Notes: generated from the sequence alone by a model not told the origin. A stretch of 64,000 nt of DNA from Gammaproteobacteria bacterium (GCA_029881275.1 JAOUMX010000002.1:1484-65483), one strand, 5' to 3'; counted from the stretch's first letter, positions 8,989 to 19,488 are shown. Numbers and translations are program-made.

Positions 8989-9311
8989 CTTTAATTCCTG
9001 TTATTTCATTTCTTAATTTAATGTTATGCCAGTAACAGCTCAAAAACACCACCCAAAAAGGTCAAACAAGAATATTTTTTCTTTATTAGATAACTCTAAA
9101 ATACCTACAAAAACAACAAGTTAACAACAAACATTCGGCAGTATATTTAAATTTTCCGCAGAATATGCCTGTTTGCCTTGATAATGCATCATTAAGCTGC
9201 TCGACAACAATACGGGACAAGCCTTATTTGACCACTGCCAGCTCACTGTTTTGATAACCTTATCATGACACATCTGTTGGCTTACATGAGCAAAATCAAC
9301 ACCCTGAATAT

Positions 9312-9833
9312 TTATTCAATGATGACTTTTACTATCATATCCGTCCCTATCTGATAATCCGGCACCTTCAAATTACCCTGCGAATATTTTCCCTTATAGA
9401 CTCGACCTGCAAGATTATATTCAACATCCACACACACAGACTTAAAAGTATCATCGCTATACTTAATTTCACATCGATAAAACGGATCTATTGCATAGGC
9501 AACAAACAGATCTTTTCTCCTAGAACGGAAAACAGGATGCATATCTTCAGCCAAATTCTGCTCTGCATCATAAGCATATAAATTCCTGTCCTGAGCGTTA
9601 ACTAAATCATTTATCATCGCATCCGTTCGTTTCAGGACCAGCAGGTTTCCTGATGAAGTCGAAAAATACTTTATGTCTCCAGATTTTAATTCAGCTATAT
9701 CAATAACCACGAAAGCCGATTCACTTTTTCCGTCGTCAACCAAGCCGGCCATAAATACATATATAACGAACCCCAGGCCAAAGATAAACATTAATTTTAC
9801 TGTCACTCTCAGCACTATTTTATTATTCACCAT
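9312..9833 (-). CDS. hypothetical membrane-anchored protein
   Basis: 173 aa with an N-terminal TM helix. I recognise no family. Confidence 0.4.
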   Translation of the reverse strand: MVNNKIVLRVTVKLMFIFGLGFVIYVFMAGLVDDGKSESAFVVIDIAELKSGDIKYFSTSSGNLLVLKRTDAMINDLVNAQDRNLYAYDAEQNLAEDMHPVFRSRRKDLFVAYAIDPFYRCEIKYSDDTFKSVCVDVEYNLAGRVYKGKYSQGNLKVPDYQIGTDMIVKVIIE

Positions 9834-9947
9834 GCACTCTGCTTTTTTTTACTTAATAGACCCATAATTAATTGTTCCGAGTATGAATTAACAAGGTATG
9901 ATTACTGTCCTGAATCAATTTTAATTTCACCCTGCTTAACATCAGCA

Positions 9948-11099
9948 ATGATAGAATTTACCAGCCTGCCACCCTTATCACTGTATATCCACTTCCCATG
10001 GTGTATTCATAAGTGTCCCTATTGTGATTTTAATTCACATGAGTTTAATAACCATTTTCCTGAACAGAATTACATTAACGCTCTCATTCAGGACCTGGAA
10101 TATCAATTACCCTCCATCTGGGGCCGTCGCATCATATCGTTATTTATCGGCGGCGGCACACCCAGCCTGTTATCCAGTCGCGCACTGGATGATTTATTAA
10201 GCGCCATTCGATCACGACTCACCTGTCTACCCAATATGGAAATAACCCTGGAAGCCAACCCGGGGACCGTCGATCAGTCTAAATTCAGCGAATTTCGGGC
10301 TATTGGCATTAATCGTCTGTCCATTGGTATCCAGAGTTTTAACGACCTGCATTTAAAAAAACTGGGTCGTATACACAGCGGTCGCGAGGCTATCTCTGCT
10401 GTTGAAATCGCCCATAAATCCGGTTTTGATAATTTAAATCTGGATCTTATGTTTGGCTTACCCGAACAGTCTCAACAACAGGGACTCAATGACTTAACCA
10501 ATGCCATTGATCTGGAACCAACGCATATTTCCTGGTACCAGTTAACCATAGAACCTAATACGTTCTTTTATAAGCAACCGCCTGCTTTACCTGATGATGA
10601 TGATATCTGGGTACTCCAACAACAGGGACAGTTACTTTTACAGGCTCGCGATTTTATGCAATATGAAATTTCTGCTTATGCTAAAAAAAACAACCAGTGT
10701 CAGCACAATTTAAATTACTGGCAATTTGGTGATTATCTGGCACTCGGCGCGGGTGCACATGGAAAAATCAGCCGCAGCGATACTAATAGCATTAGCCGTT
10801 ACTGGCAGCTGAGACAACCTGAAGCATACATAGCAGCATCACCTGCAGAAAAAATCTCTGGCCAGAATCTGCTTGAAACCAATGATATTATTTTTGAATT
10901 TATGCTCAACGCATTAAGACTGAAACAGGGTTTTAATCTCCAGACATTCGAAACTCATACCGGCCTGTCTGCAGACATGTTAACAGATGCCGGCAGACAG
11001 GCGATAGAGAAAGGATTGCTTGAACAATCCGGAAATCATTTTAAACCCACCGAGCTGGGTTACCGTTTTTTAAATGATCTGGTTAATTTATTTAACTAA
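9948..11099 (+). CDS. hemW: radical SAM heme chaperone HemW (coproporphyrinogen III oxidase-like)
   Basis: HFPWCIHKCPYCDF radical-SAM motif, and the length fits. Confidence 0.85.
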   Translation: MIEFTSLPPLSLYIHFPWCIHKCPYCDFNSHEFNNHFPEQNYINALIQDLEYQLPSIWGRRIISLFIGGGTPSLLSSRALDDLLSAIRSRLTCLPNMEITLEANPGTVDQSKFSEFRAIGINRLSIGIQSFNDLHLKKLGRIHSGREAISAVEIAHKSGFDNLNLDLMFGLPEQSQQQGLNDLTNAIDLEPTHISWYQLTIEPNTFFYKQPPALPDDDDIWVLQQQGQLLLQARDFMQYEISAYAKKNNQCQHNLNYWQFGDYLALGAGAHGKISRSDTNSISRYWQLRQPEAYIAASPAEKISGQNLLETNDIIFEFMLNALRLKQGFNLQTFETHTGLSADMLTDAGRQAIEKGLLEQSGNHFKPTELGYRFLNDLVNLFN

Positions 11100-11101
11100 T
11101 T

Positions 11102-11575
11102 TTATTTGCCAGAGCCCATGATTTTATTTTGATTTTCAAATCGCTGATCCAGCAACTGCTGTACATTTTTGGCATCATCTATCAGCTTTTTAGCCACTCC
11201 AGGACTATAGGGATTTTTGATAATATGATCACTCTGTCTGGCTGCTGTGTCGCCGGATTCTTCTTTTTCAGGTATTTTAAATGCTGATATCACATTCTGA
11301 GCCGGTTTTAAATTTTTAGCTTCTGCCTCCACACCCTCGGGAGGCGCACTGCCAAACTGCTTTCTCCCATGCTCATCAACCCACTGATAAACGGTGACTT
11401 CCTTATCAGTAGTCACATTACTGAAGTTTCCCGGCAACGCTGGTTTATCCTCAGCACCACCCAGGCCAAAATCCCTGAGAAACCCCGGCATTTCACCACC
11501 GCTGTAAAAATAATAGGGTACCGCCATCATAATACCGACGATAATGCTCACTTTTATTAATAATTTTTTAATCAT
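11102..11575 (-). CDS. DUF4124-like exported protein
   Basis: Has an N-terminal signal or TM segment and the YQWVDEHGRKQFGSAPP motif typical of DUF4124. Confidence 0.5.
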   Translation of the reverse strand: MIKKLLIKVSIIVGIMMAVPYYFYSGGEMPGFLRDFGLGGAEDKPALPGNFSNVTTDKEVTVYQWVDEHGRKQFGSAPPEGVEAEAKNLKPAQNVISAFKIPEKEESGDTAARQSDHIIKNPYSPGVAKKLIDDAKNVQQLLDQRFENQNKIMGSGK

Positions 11576-11733
11576 TTCGATTCCTTTGCCCTCTGTGCAG
11601 ACTTTATATTAGGGTGCCTGGCAGGTAAATTCCACAGATTGACATAATTTTGCCATCGCCCCTTGCTCCATGGGTTCCGAAAGAGTAATATACGCGGCTC
11701 ACTACAGGCAGCAACAGGTTTAGAGGACTCGAC

Positions 11734-11943
11734 ATGAGGCCAGAAATACACCCGGAATACAAAGAAATTAACGTAACTTGCAGTTGTGGCAACAGCTTCG
11801 CTACACGTTCAACCTATAATAAAGATGCACTTCTGATTGAAGTTTGTTCACAGTGCCATCCTTTCTATACTGGCAAACAGAAAATCATGGACTCTGCCGG
11901 CCAGGTTGAAAAATTCCGCAAGCGTTTCGGTGGCAAGAAATAA
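11734..11943 (+). CDS. rpmE: 50S ribosomal protein L31, zinc-binding form
   Basis: MRPEIHPEY...CSCGNSF...[13 protein letters not shown]. Confidence 0.92.
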   Translation: MRPEIHPEYKEINVTCSCGNSFATRSTYNKDALLIEVCSQCHPFYTGKQKIMDSAGQVEKFRKRFGGKK

Positions 11944-11974
11944 GCATCTTAAACGGTATAACGCGAAATTTCGA

Positions 11975-12004
11975 AAAGGCGCTCTTCATGAGCGCCTTTT
12001 TTTA
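11975..12004 (+). terminator. rho-independent terminator after rpmE
   Basis: AAAAGGCGCTC-TTCATG-AGCGCCTTTTTTT. It overlaps the ATG of the next ORF. Confidence 0.7.
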
Positions 12005-12740
12005 TGCTCCTGTCGGCCTGGCATTCACTTGCCCTACTGAACATTTCGATGAATCTGCCATCGTTAAATCAGTTCATGATGGCGACACCCTGACGCTTAA
12101 TGACGGTCGTAAAATTCGTCTTATTGGTATCAATACCCCTGAACTGGCCAGAAAAAATCAGCCCGCAGAACCCTATGCAGAACAGGCCAGGCAGGCACTC
12201 GATGCCCTTGTAAAACAGGCTAAACACAATATTAAACTGGTCTATGGCATAGATCGAACAGACAAATATCAACGTACTCTGGCCCACATTTATCTTCCAG
12301 ATGGCAACAATATACAGGCCCACCTCATTAGCAAAGGTCTGGCCACCGCCTTCACCACGCCACCCAATGACAGTCAGTCGAACTGTTATAAGCAACTTGA
12401 GACCATAGCCATTAAACAAAAAACCGGCATCTGGTCATTAGCTGAGTATCAGGTCAAGCAACCAAACCAGCTGACAAAACATTCAAAAGGCTTTCACCGT
12501 ATCGAGGCACGGGTCTCCCAAATCCGCCAGAGTAAAAACGCTTTCTGGATCAATCTGCATGGCGATATCCATATCCGCATCCAGAATCGGGATCTAAAAT
12601 ATTTTGATATGGATACACTTTTACATCTCAAAGACAAAATCATCATCGTACGTGGCTGGCTTCACCCAAAAAAGAATTCTTTTTTTATGCATTTAAGACA
12701 CCCGGATGCATTCAGCTTAATATCGCAGCCAGCCCATTAA
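11988..12740 (+). CDS. SNase-like (staphylococcal/thermonuclease family) nuclease
   Basis: VHDGDT and IRLIGINTPE motifs. Confidence 0.7.
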   Translation: MSAFFYAPVGLAFTCPTEHFDESAIVKSVHDGDTLTLNDGRKIRLIGINTPELARKNQPAEPYAEQARQALDALVKQAKHNIKLVYGIDRTDKYQRTLAHIYLPDGNNIQAHLISKGLATAFTTPPNDSQSNCYKQLETIAIKQKTGIWSLAEYQVKQPNQLTKHSKGFHRIEARVSQIRQSKNAFWINLHGDIHIRIQNRDLKYFDMDTLLHLKDKIIIVRGWLHPKKNSFFMHLRHPDAFSLISQPAH

Positions 12741-12789
12741 TGATACTATAGCGCCTTGTTTTTAACCCCTTGATAACAACACCGATTGT

Positions 12790-14019
12790 ATGAAAGCAAA
12801 ATTCAAACAGGCTGCTCTGGATTACCATAAAAACCCCAAACCCGGAAAAATAGCCACCGAAATCACCAAGCCCTGTAATACCCAGAAAGATCTGTCCCTG
12901 GCCTACACACCGGGTGTTGCCGAGCCTGTTCGCGCCATTGCTATCAACAAGGATGACGCTTACAAATACACCGCCAAGGGCAATCTGGTTGCCGTTATCA
13001 CTGACGGTAGTGCCGTGCTGGGACTGGGCAATGTGGGCGCCCTGGCCGGTAAACCGGTTATGGAAGGCAAGGCTGTTTTATTTAAACGCTTTGCCGATAT
13101 TGATGTGTTTGATATTGAAGTAGATGTCAAAACACCGGAAGAGTTTATTGAAACCGTGGCTCGTATTGCGCCTACCTTTGGCGGCATCAACCTGGAAGAC
13201 ATTACAGCGCCCCGCTGTTTTGAAATCGAACGTCGCCTGGATGAAATGCTGGATATACCCGTATTTCACGATGACCAGCATGGCACAGCCATTATTATTG
13301 CAGCCGGCCTTTTGAATGCCATCGAATTGCAAAATAAAAAAATCGACACCGCCCGGATTGTTTGTATGGGTGCTGGCGCTGCGGGCATTGCCTCGATGAA
13401 ATTACTCACCGGACTCGGTGCCAGAAAAGAAAATATGATTCTGCTTGATCGTAATGGTGTGATTCATAGCAAACGTGACGATCTAAATGAATTCAAGGCT
13501 GAATTCGCCAATGAAACAGACAAACGCACACCTTTAGAAGCTTTAACCGATGCCGATATTTTTATTGGCGTTTCCGGACCGGATTTATTAACACCGGAAA
13601 TGCTAAAAGTGATGGCACCCAACCCCATTGTATTTGCCCTGTCGAACCCGAACCCGGAAATACAGCCTGAACTGGCCCATCAAACACGTGATGATATTTT
13701 AATGGCCACCGGTCGTAGTGATTATCCCAATCAGGTTAACAATGTACTGGGCTTTCCCTATATCTTCCGTGGCGCGCTGGATGTCAGGGCAACGCGTATT
13801 TCTCAGGAAATGCATATTGCGGCCGTTCATGCTATTTGTGCCCTTACCCATGAACCGGTGCCACAGGAAGTTCTTGATGCCTATGAACTGGAACATCTGG
13901 AATTTGGCCCGGACTACATCATCCCCAAACCGGTTGATCCCCGTTTAATCGAACGTATCCCCGCGGCCGTTGCCAGAGCCGCTATCGATAGTGGCGTAGC
14001 ACGCATCAATATCGACTAG
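12790..14019 (+). CDS. NAD(P)-dependent malic enzyme, short single-domain form
   Basis: YTPGVAEP motif, Rossmann motif GAGAAG, 409 aa. Confidence 0.85.
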   Translation: MKAKFKQAALDYHKNPKPGKIATEITKPCNTQKDLSLAYTPGVAEPVRAIAINKDDAYKYTAKGNLVAVITDGSAVLGLGNVGALAGKPVMEGKAVLFKRFADIDVFDIEVDVKTPEEFIETVARIAPTFGGINLEDITAPRCFEIERRLDEMLDIPVFHDDQHGTAIIIAAGLLNAIELQNKKIDTARIVCMGAGAAGIASMKLLTGLGARKENMILLDRNGVIHSKRDDLNEFKAEFANETDKRTPLEALTDADIFIGVSGPDLLTPEMLKVMAPNPIVFALSNPNPEIQPELAHQTRDDILMATGRSDYPNQVNNVLGFPYIFRGALDVRATRISQEMHIAAVHAICALTHEPVPQEVLDAYELEHLEFGPDYIIPKPVDPRLIERIPAAVARAAIDSGVARINID

Positions 14020-14102
14020 CTCAAAAAGTTATCACTGACAACTTGATCCGGCACTGGAACTGCTACACTCCAGTAACCCCCATTGGAAAAAGGCCGGACT
14101 CA

Positions 14103-15032
14103 ATGAACAAGATAACCGTTGTCGGCGCAGGACGTGTAGGCGAGTCAACTGCCCAGTTTATTGCCAGCAAGGACTTATGTCGTGAAATTGCCCTGGTGGA
14201 TATCAATGAAGGTGCCGCCTCCGGTGCCGCTCTGGATATTCAGGAAGATGCCCCCCTGTTTGCGTTTGATACCCGCCTGATTGGCGGCTCCAATCCGGAG
14301 CTCATGGCTGATTCAGATTTAATTATTATCACAGCCGGGATTCCCCGCAAGCCCGGGATGTCACGCTCCGACGTAATGGAAGTTAATGTTAGAGTGACCG
14401 ATGAAATCGTTGCCAATACCTTAAAGTACGCTCCCAATGCCATGATGCTGATCGTCTCCAATCCGGTCGACATACTGACTTACCGGGCATGGAAGAAAAC
14501 CGGCTGGGATCGCAACCGAATTTTTGGTCAGGCAGGTGTCCTCGACTCAACTCGCATGGCCAGCTTTATTTCACTGGAAACCGGCTACTCATCGCTGGAT
14601 ATAAACGCCATGGTACTCGGTGGCCACGGCGACTCCATGGTGCCAATGATGCGTTACACCACCATTTCAGGCATTCCGGTGAGTAACTTCCTTGATCAGA
14701 ACAAAATTAATGACATTGTCACACGTACCCGTAATGGTGGTGCAGAAATATTAGCTCTGCGTCAGAATAGCAGCGCCTTCGCTGCACCGGCAGCAGCCGT
14801 CTCCATAATGGTCGATGCCATCGTCAATGATCGTAAACGCATTCTACCCTCAGTTGCTATTCTGGATAATGAATACAACTGTCACGACATGGCCATAGGC
14901 GTACCCACAGTACTGGGTAAAAACGGTCTGGAACAGGTCATTGAACTTGAGCTCAACGAACAGGAACAGGCTGATTTTAATAACTCGGTTGCACAGGTAA
15001 AAAAAGATCTGGATATACTGTCAAAGCTCTAA
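14103..15032 (+). CDS. mdh: malate dehydrogenase, LDH-like family
   Basis: MNKITVVGAGRVG, IITAGIPRKPGMSRSD; the catalytic-loop similarity fits Mdh. Confidence 0.85.
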   Translation: MNKITVVGAGRVGESTAQFIASKDLCREIALVDINEGAASGAALDIQEDAPLFAFDTRLIGGSNPELMADSDLIIITAGIPRKPGMSRSDVMEVNVRVTDEIVANTLKYAPNAMMLIVSNPVDILTYRAWKKTGWDRNRIFGQAGVLDSTRMASFISLETGYSSLDINAMVLGGHGDSMVPMMRYTTISGIPVSNFLDQNKINDIVTRTRNGGAEILALRQNSSAFAAPAAAVSIMVDAIVNDRKRILPSVAILDNEYNCHDMAIGVPTVLGKNGLEQVIELELNEQEQADFNNSVAQVKKDLDILSKL

Positions 15033-15182
15033 CAACGGTACAATTGATTTCATTCAGAAGCAAACCATCGCCATTCTGTGATGACGTCCCGTTTGCATTG
15101 TTATGTCATATTGCCACTACTATGACATCAGATTCACTAATCCAGCTTTCCTAATACCACAGGCTTGGCTAAACTACTCCCC

Positions 15183-16079
15183 ATGAGTAAACCGCGCGCC
15201 TATCTGATCGATTCCAGTATTTATATTTTCCGAGCCTGGCATGTATTCGATGACTCCATAACTGATATTGACGGCAATCCTGCCAATGCAGTATATGGCT
15301 TTAGTGAATTTTTATATCAATTAATCCAGCAGAAACAGCCTGAATATATAGCCTGCGCCTTTGATGATCATCAGACCAATTCATACCGTTGTGAAATATT
15401 TCCGCAATACAAAGCCAACCGTCCACCCGCACCAGAAGAACTGATTGTACAGTTTGAATATTGCCGCGAATTTTGTCGTGCCGTTGGCATACCAGCCTTT
15501 GGCAGTAATCGTTTTGAAGCCGATGACATCATCGGCACACTGGCAACACGGTTACGCAATCAGGGTTTTGATATCACCATCGTCAGTGCAGATAAAGATC
15601 TTACCCAGCTCATACTCGGTGACAAAGATGCCTGGTGGGATTTTGCCAGAGGCAATGTACTCAACAACAAAGGGGTAGAAAAAAACTGGGGCGTCAAACC
15701 CCATCAGATTGCCGACTTACTTGCACTCTCCGGTGACAAAGTCGATAACATTCCCGGCATACCCGGCGTCGGGTATAAAATGGCATCTAATTTATTAAAT
15801 AAATTTCCTGACATCGAAAGTATACTGGGCAATATAGAAAAAATTTCTGAAATGAAATTTCGAGGCTCCGCAAGAATTCAAAACCTGGTACATGAACATC
15901 AGGCTATATTACCACTGAATAAAAAACTCACTACCATCGTCACCGATGCAGAATTCAAAAATCACCAGCAAGATATACGCTGGAATGGCATTAATGAAAA
16001 AATACTTCATCAACTAATGGACGTCCTTGATGCCAGTGATCAACGCCGACAACGCTGGCTACAACTACAACCTTCATAA
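15183..16079 (+). CDS. 5'-3' exonuclease (Pol I N-terminal-like flap endonuclease, Xni/ExoIX family)
   Basis: PIN-like 5' nuclease motifs and a helix-hairpin-helix region (LSGDKVDNIPGIPGVG). Confidence 0.75.
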   Translation: MSKPRAYLIDSSIYIFRAWHVFDDSITDIDGNPANAVYGFSEFLYQLIQQKQPEYIACAFDDHQTNSYRCEIFPQYKANRPPAPEELIVQFEYCREFCRAVGIPAFGSNRFEADDIIGTLATRLRNQGFDITIVSADKDLTQLILGDKDAWWDFARGNVLNNKGVEKNWGVKPHQIADLLALSGDKVDNIPGIPGVGYKMASNLLNKFPDIESILGNIEKISEMKFRGSARIQNLVHEHQAILPLNKKLTTIVTDAEFKNHQQDIRWNGINEKILHQLMDVLDASDQRRQRWLQLQPS

Positions 16080-16621
16080 TGAGTAAACTGATATTATTCA
16101 ACAAACCCTACGGCGTTATTTGTCAGTTTAGTCCGGATGAAAAGCACAAATCACTGGCCGAATTCATTGACATCAAAGAAGTCTATCCTGCAGGTCGCCT
16201 CGATCATGACTCAGAAGGTTTATTACTGTTAACCGATGATGGTAAACTGCAAAATAAAATCAGTCACCCGAAAAACAAAATGCCAAAAACCTATTGGGTA
16301 CAGGTAGATGGCGACATCACCGAAACAGCATTAGAAAAGCTTCGCAAAGGTGTCGAGCTGAAAGATGGAACAACAAAACCCGCGCTGGCAAAAAAAATCA
16401 ACTCGCCAGAAAACCTCTGGCCAAGAGACCCGCCTATTCGTTATCGAAAAGATATTCCCACCAGCTGGATAGAACTTACCATAAAAGAAGGCAAGAACAG
16501 ACAGGTTCGCAGAATGACGGCAGCGGCTGGCTTTCCAACCTTACGTCTTATTCGATGTCAAATTGGAGAATGGAGCCTGACAGGAATCGAACAGGGAAAA
16601 TATACAATTACCAATGTTTAA
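16079..16621 (+). CDS. rluE: rRNA pseudouridine synthase, Rsu/RluE family
   Basis: AGRLDHDSEGLLLLTDDG catalytic motif. The start overlaps the upstream stop (TAATG). Confidence 0.7.
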   Translation: MSKLILFNKPYGVICQFSPDEKHKSLAEFIDIKEVYPAGRLDHDSEGLLLLTDDGKLQNKISHPKNKMPKTYWVQVDGDITETALEKLRKGVELKDGTTKPALAKKINSPENLWPRDPPIRYRKDIPTSWIELTIKEGKNRQVRRMTAAAGFPTLRLIRCQIGEWSLTGIEQGKYTITNV

Positions 16622-16628
16622 CATTGCT

Positions 16629-17261
16629 TCATACTAAAGCAGGAAACAACCCTTTCAATCCGTTTGCAATAAATTCAATTGCAATAGCTGCTAACAACAA
16701 CCCCATTAACCGGGTAAATATATTAATACCGGTTTTACTAATACGCGGTTCAATCACAGGCACCAGCCTGAAAGTAACATATAAAATAATCGCAATTGCA
16801 CATATATCACAGGCAATCAATATGTAATGAAACAAACTGGTTCCCTTGTTAGCATAAAGAATAACACTACTGATAGCACCAGGCCCTGCCAGCAATGGCG
16901 TTGCCAGCGGCACGATAGCAATAGAATCACGCCTTTCCGCGTCTGACATTTCATCATTTGTTTGCACAGTGGCACTCATTTTTGCATGCAACATGGAAAT
17001 CGCCATCAATAAAATCAATATTCCACCCGCAACCCTGAACGAATTAATGCTTATGCCAAAAAAATCAAGAATAGCCTCACCCGCAACCAGTGTCACCAGC
17101 AAAATAGCGGTCACAGTTAATACCACCATTTTTGATATCGAATGCTTATCTTTGTCATTAAAATCCGATGTTAAACTTATAAAAATCGGAATCATGCCTA
17201 CCGGATTAAGTATCGCAATAAGCGCAATCATTACTTTTATGTATTCATCATATTCGAGCAT
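16629..17261 (-). CDS. MarC family (UPF0056) membrane protein
   Basis: Six TM helices and the MarC signature. Confidence 0.8.
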   Translation of the reverse strand: MLEYDEYIKVMIALIAILNPVGMIPIFISLTSDFNDKDKHSISKMVVLTVTAILLVTLVAGEAILDFFGISINSFRVAGGILILLMAISMLHAKMSATVQTNDEMSDAERRDSIAIVPLATPLLAGPGAISSVILYANKGTSLFHYILIACDICAIAIILYVTFRLVPVIEPRISKTGINIFTRLMGLLLAAIAIEFIANGLKGLFPALV

Positions 17262-17294
17262 GCTTTATAACTCTGACAAAATTAAAACGATTCA

Positions 17295-17762
17295 TTAAGA
17301 ATTATCTGGACGATACTTAAGCTGCACACCTTCTATAAATTTACGCAATACCTGATCTTTACAACTACGGTAATGTTTATGCTCAGGCTTGCGAAAAAAA
17401 GCACTGAGCTCATGCTTGCTTAAACTCACCTCAGTCAGCGCCAGAACATCCAGTATATCTTCGGCTTTCAAATCGAGGGCGATTTTCAATTTTCTGAAAA
17501 TTACATTGTTGTTAATTTTTTTTTCGGGCGCTGGCTGCACGCCTTCTTTTTTACCTCGCCGATCAATTATCATACCATTGAGAAAAATAGCCAGTTCAGT
17601 ATCACCACATGCCTGAAATGCAGGATCTTCATCTTTTTTTAACCAGTTACTAATCTGCTCACGCGTCACCTGAAGGTCAGCCAGGCCAAAGATAGACATC
17701 ATCTTCGAATCATTGTAATCAAAGGCATAACGAATACGACGAAGCACATCATTATTGGTCAC
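17295..17762 (-). CDS. DUF1456 (YehS-like) protein
   Basis: Duplicated DUF1456 repeats (NDVLRRIRYAF...). Confidence 0.65.
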   Translation of the reverse strand: MTNNDVLRRIRYAFDYNDSKMMSIFGLADLQVTREQISNWLKKDEDPAFQACGDTELAIFLNGMIIDRRGKKEGVQPAPEKKINNNVIFRKLKIALDLKAEDILDVLALTEVSLSKHELSAFFRKPEHKHYRSCKDQVLRKFIEGVQLKYRPDNS

Positions 17763-17789
17763 AATAACTCTCCCTTCCTGTAACCCAAA

Positions 17790-18023
17790 TCACCCCTTAG
17801 ATTCCTCTTTGGCACGCCGTTTATTACGCTCATTAAGATTATGTGTCTTGATCAGCATCTTTACCTCATTTTTTCCCCATGCTTCCGCTTCATCTTCAGT
17901 GACAAAACCATCCTGACGCTTGGTGAGCACCGTCTTCTTTGAAGTGACTCGTCTAATAATTTCAACAGCCCAGGCATCATTCTCCTGCACTAGCTGATAA
18001 ACGTACTTCTTGCTTCTCGCCAT
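17790..18023 (-). CDS. small basic hypothetical protein (77 aa)
   Basis: ORF only, directly upstream of the DUF1456 gene. Confidence 0.4.
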   Translation of the reverse strand: MARSKKYVYQLVQENDAWAVEIIRRVTSKKTVLTKRQDGFVTEDEAEAWGKNEVKMLIKTHNLNERNKRRAKEESKG

Positions 18024-18258
18024 TATTATTGATTTCCTGCTTAAGGTTCAGTATCGGTTACGGGAAAGTGGCCGCTTTCAGCAGTATATTGTAACTCCAT
18101 ATTACAGCCCGCTTTATTGGCACAGTTTACTCTTCGAAGCTCATCACATCATCTTTTTTCTATTGATTGGTAACAGTAATAGCCATTGTCATAACTTGAT
18201 ATAACACCACTAATAACCTATAAAACAATAAAATGTCTGCAACGAGCTAAATTAACGG

Positions 18259-19488
18259 ATGTATTTGCCCGGCCATAAAAAAGCAATCATTTCCCTCCTG
18301 TTTGTTATTCTTTTATTACCACCTGGCGTTTTTGCCTCCAAACTAAAGGTACTGACATCTGCCGATGCAGAGAGTAATGCGCTCCAGTCTTTCATTATTG
18401 TGCCTGATAACGCATTATTACCCGAAGGCATCAAACATAACAGCCATCCATCACTACTGGCCAGACAGGTGCCGTTTGTTATCGAACTGATCAACCCGCC
18501 CGGGCCTGAAACCGATATTCAATGGTCAATAAAAGCCCGCAACTTACACCATAAAACCATTGATATTTTATCTTCTTACCACAATAAACCCCCATCTTCT
18601 TTGGAACAGAAATTCTGGCAATCCGATCCGCTCGGCGCTTCTGTTTATGATCGTCATAAATTAATTTTCACCCCTGGCCCTGTTAATCACTCAACATCAA
18701 TTTATAAAAAAGGCAGAGGACAGAAAAACAACCGTCAAAAGTATGGTGGCGGTAGTATTTTAATCAACAATCAGGGCTTCAATCCTAAAATTGGCTATGA
18801 TGTTTCGGTCAGTCTTATTCAAAATAATGCTGTTATTGATACCTATAAAACAAAAATAATAATGGATAAAAAAGATATGATTCGTCAGGAATATATAAAC
18901 CATTACAATATTCAACGCTATGGTTATGGCAGCAATGGCGCCATACCCATACCACGACGGGATGAAATTACTGCTTTACCTGAAATCAAAACTGTTCTGG
19001 GTAATCCATTAACAGAAAGCCGCTACAATCTTTTAATCAATGATGGCATTCAGAACATTGCTTCATCTATCGCAATGATCTATCAGCTTCAACTTGAAAC
19101 TTATAAAAACAATAATCAGCTTAAAAACATTGCCAATGAAACACTTCCTGTCCCGGACAACCCGCTCTGGCTCAGTGGCGGCTGGCGCAACCCTGAACGC
19201 AATGAATGGTATAGCAACGCTGTAAACGGTGTACATCAACGCGGAGGTGCCGTTGACTTTATTATTAAATCTCCCCCGGGACATATTAATACTGCGATTT
19301 CATACTGGATTTTATGGCTCGCCCTGGAAAACAATAAAGACAAACTGGATGCTTTCTGGCAACTCGAAACCAACGGTAGACCCATGCGCACAAATGAATT
19401 TACGGAAGATATAGAACCCAGAAATGGTATTCCCGATGCTTTCGACAAAGCAGATCACTTACATGTCAACGTGATATATAACGAATAA
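18259..19488 (+). CDS. secreted protein with a C-terminal MepK/YcbK-like peptidase M15 (DUF882) domain
   Basis: Has a signal peptide. The C-terminal LSGGWRNPERN...SNAVNGVHQRGGAVDF...DHLHV matches the SGYR..N...SxHxxGxAxD...DxxH zinc-peptidase signature. The N-terminal 280 aa are unassigned. Confidence 0.6.
   Translation: MYLPGHKKAIISLLFVILLLPPGVFASKLKVLTSADAESNALQSFIIVPDNALLPEGIKHNSHPSLLARQVPFVIELINPPGPETDIQWSIKARNLHHKTIDILSSYHNKPPSSLEQKFWQSDPLGASVYDRHKLIFTPGPVNHSTSIYKKGRGQKNNRQKYGGGSILINNQGFNPKIGYDVSVSLIQNNAVIDTYKTKIIMDKKDMIRQEYINHYNIQRYGYGSNGAIPIPRRDEITALPEIKTVLGNPLTESRYNLLINDGIQNIASSIAMIYQLQLETYKNNNQLKNIANETLPVPDNPLWLSGGWRNPERNEWYSNAVNGVHQRGGAVDFIIKSPPGHINTAISYWILWLALENNKDKLDAFWQLETNGRPMRTNEFTEDIEPRNGIPDAFDKADHLHVNVIYNE

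Noticed and set aside
12069-12419. 116-aa minus-strand ORF inside the SNase-like gene.
   Set aside because: It is a shadow ORF antisense to a domain-supported gene, with low-complexity Gly-rich translation.
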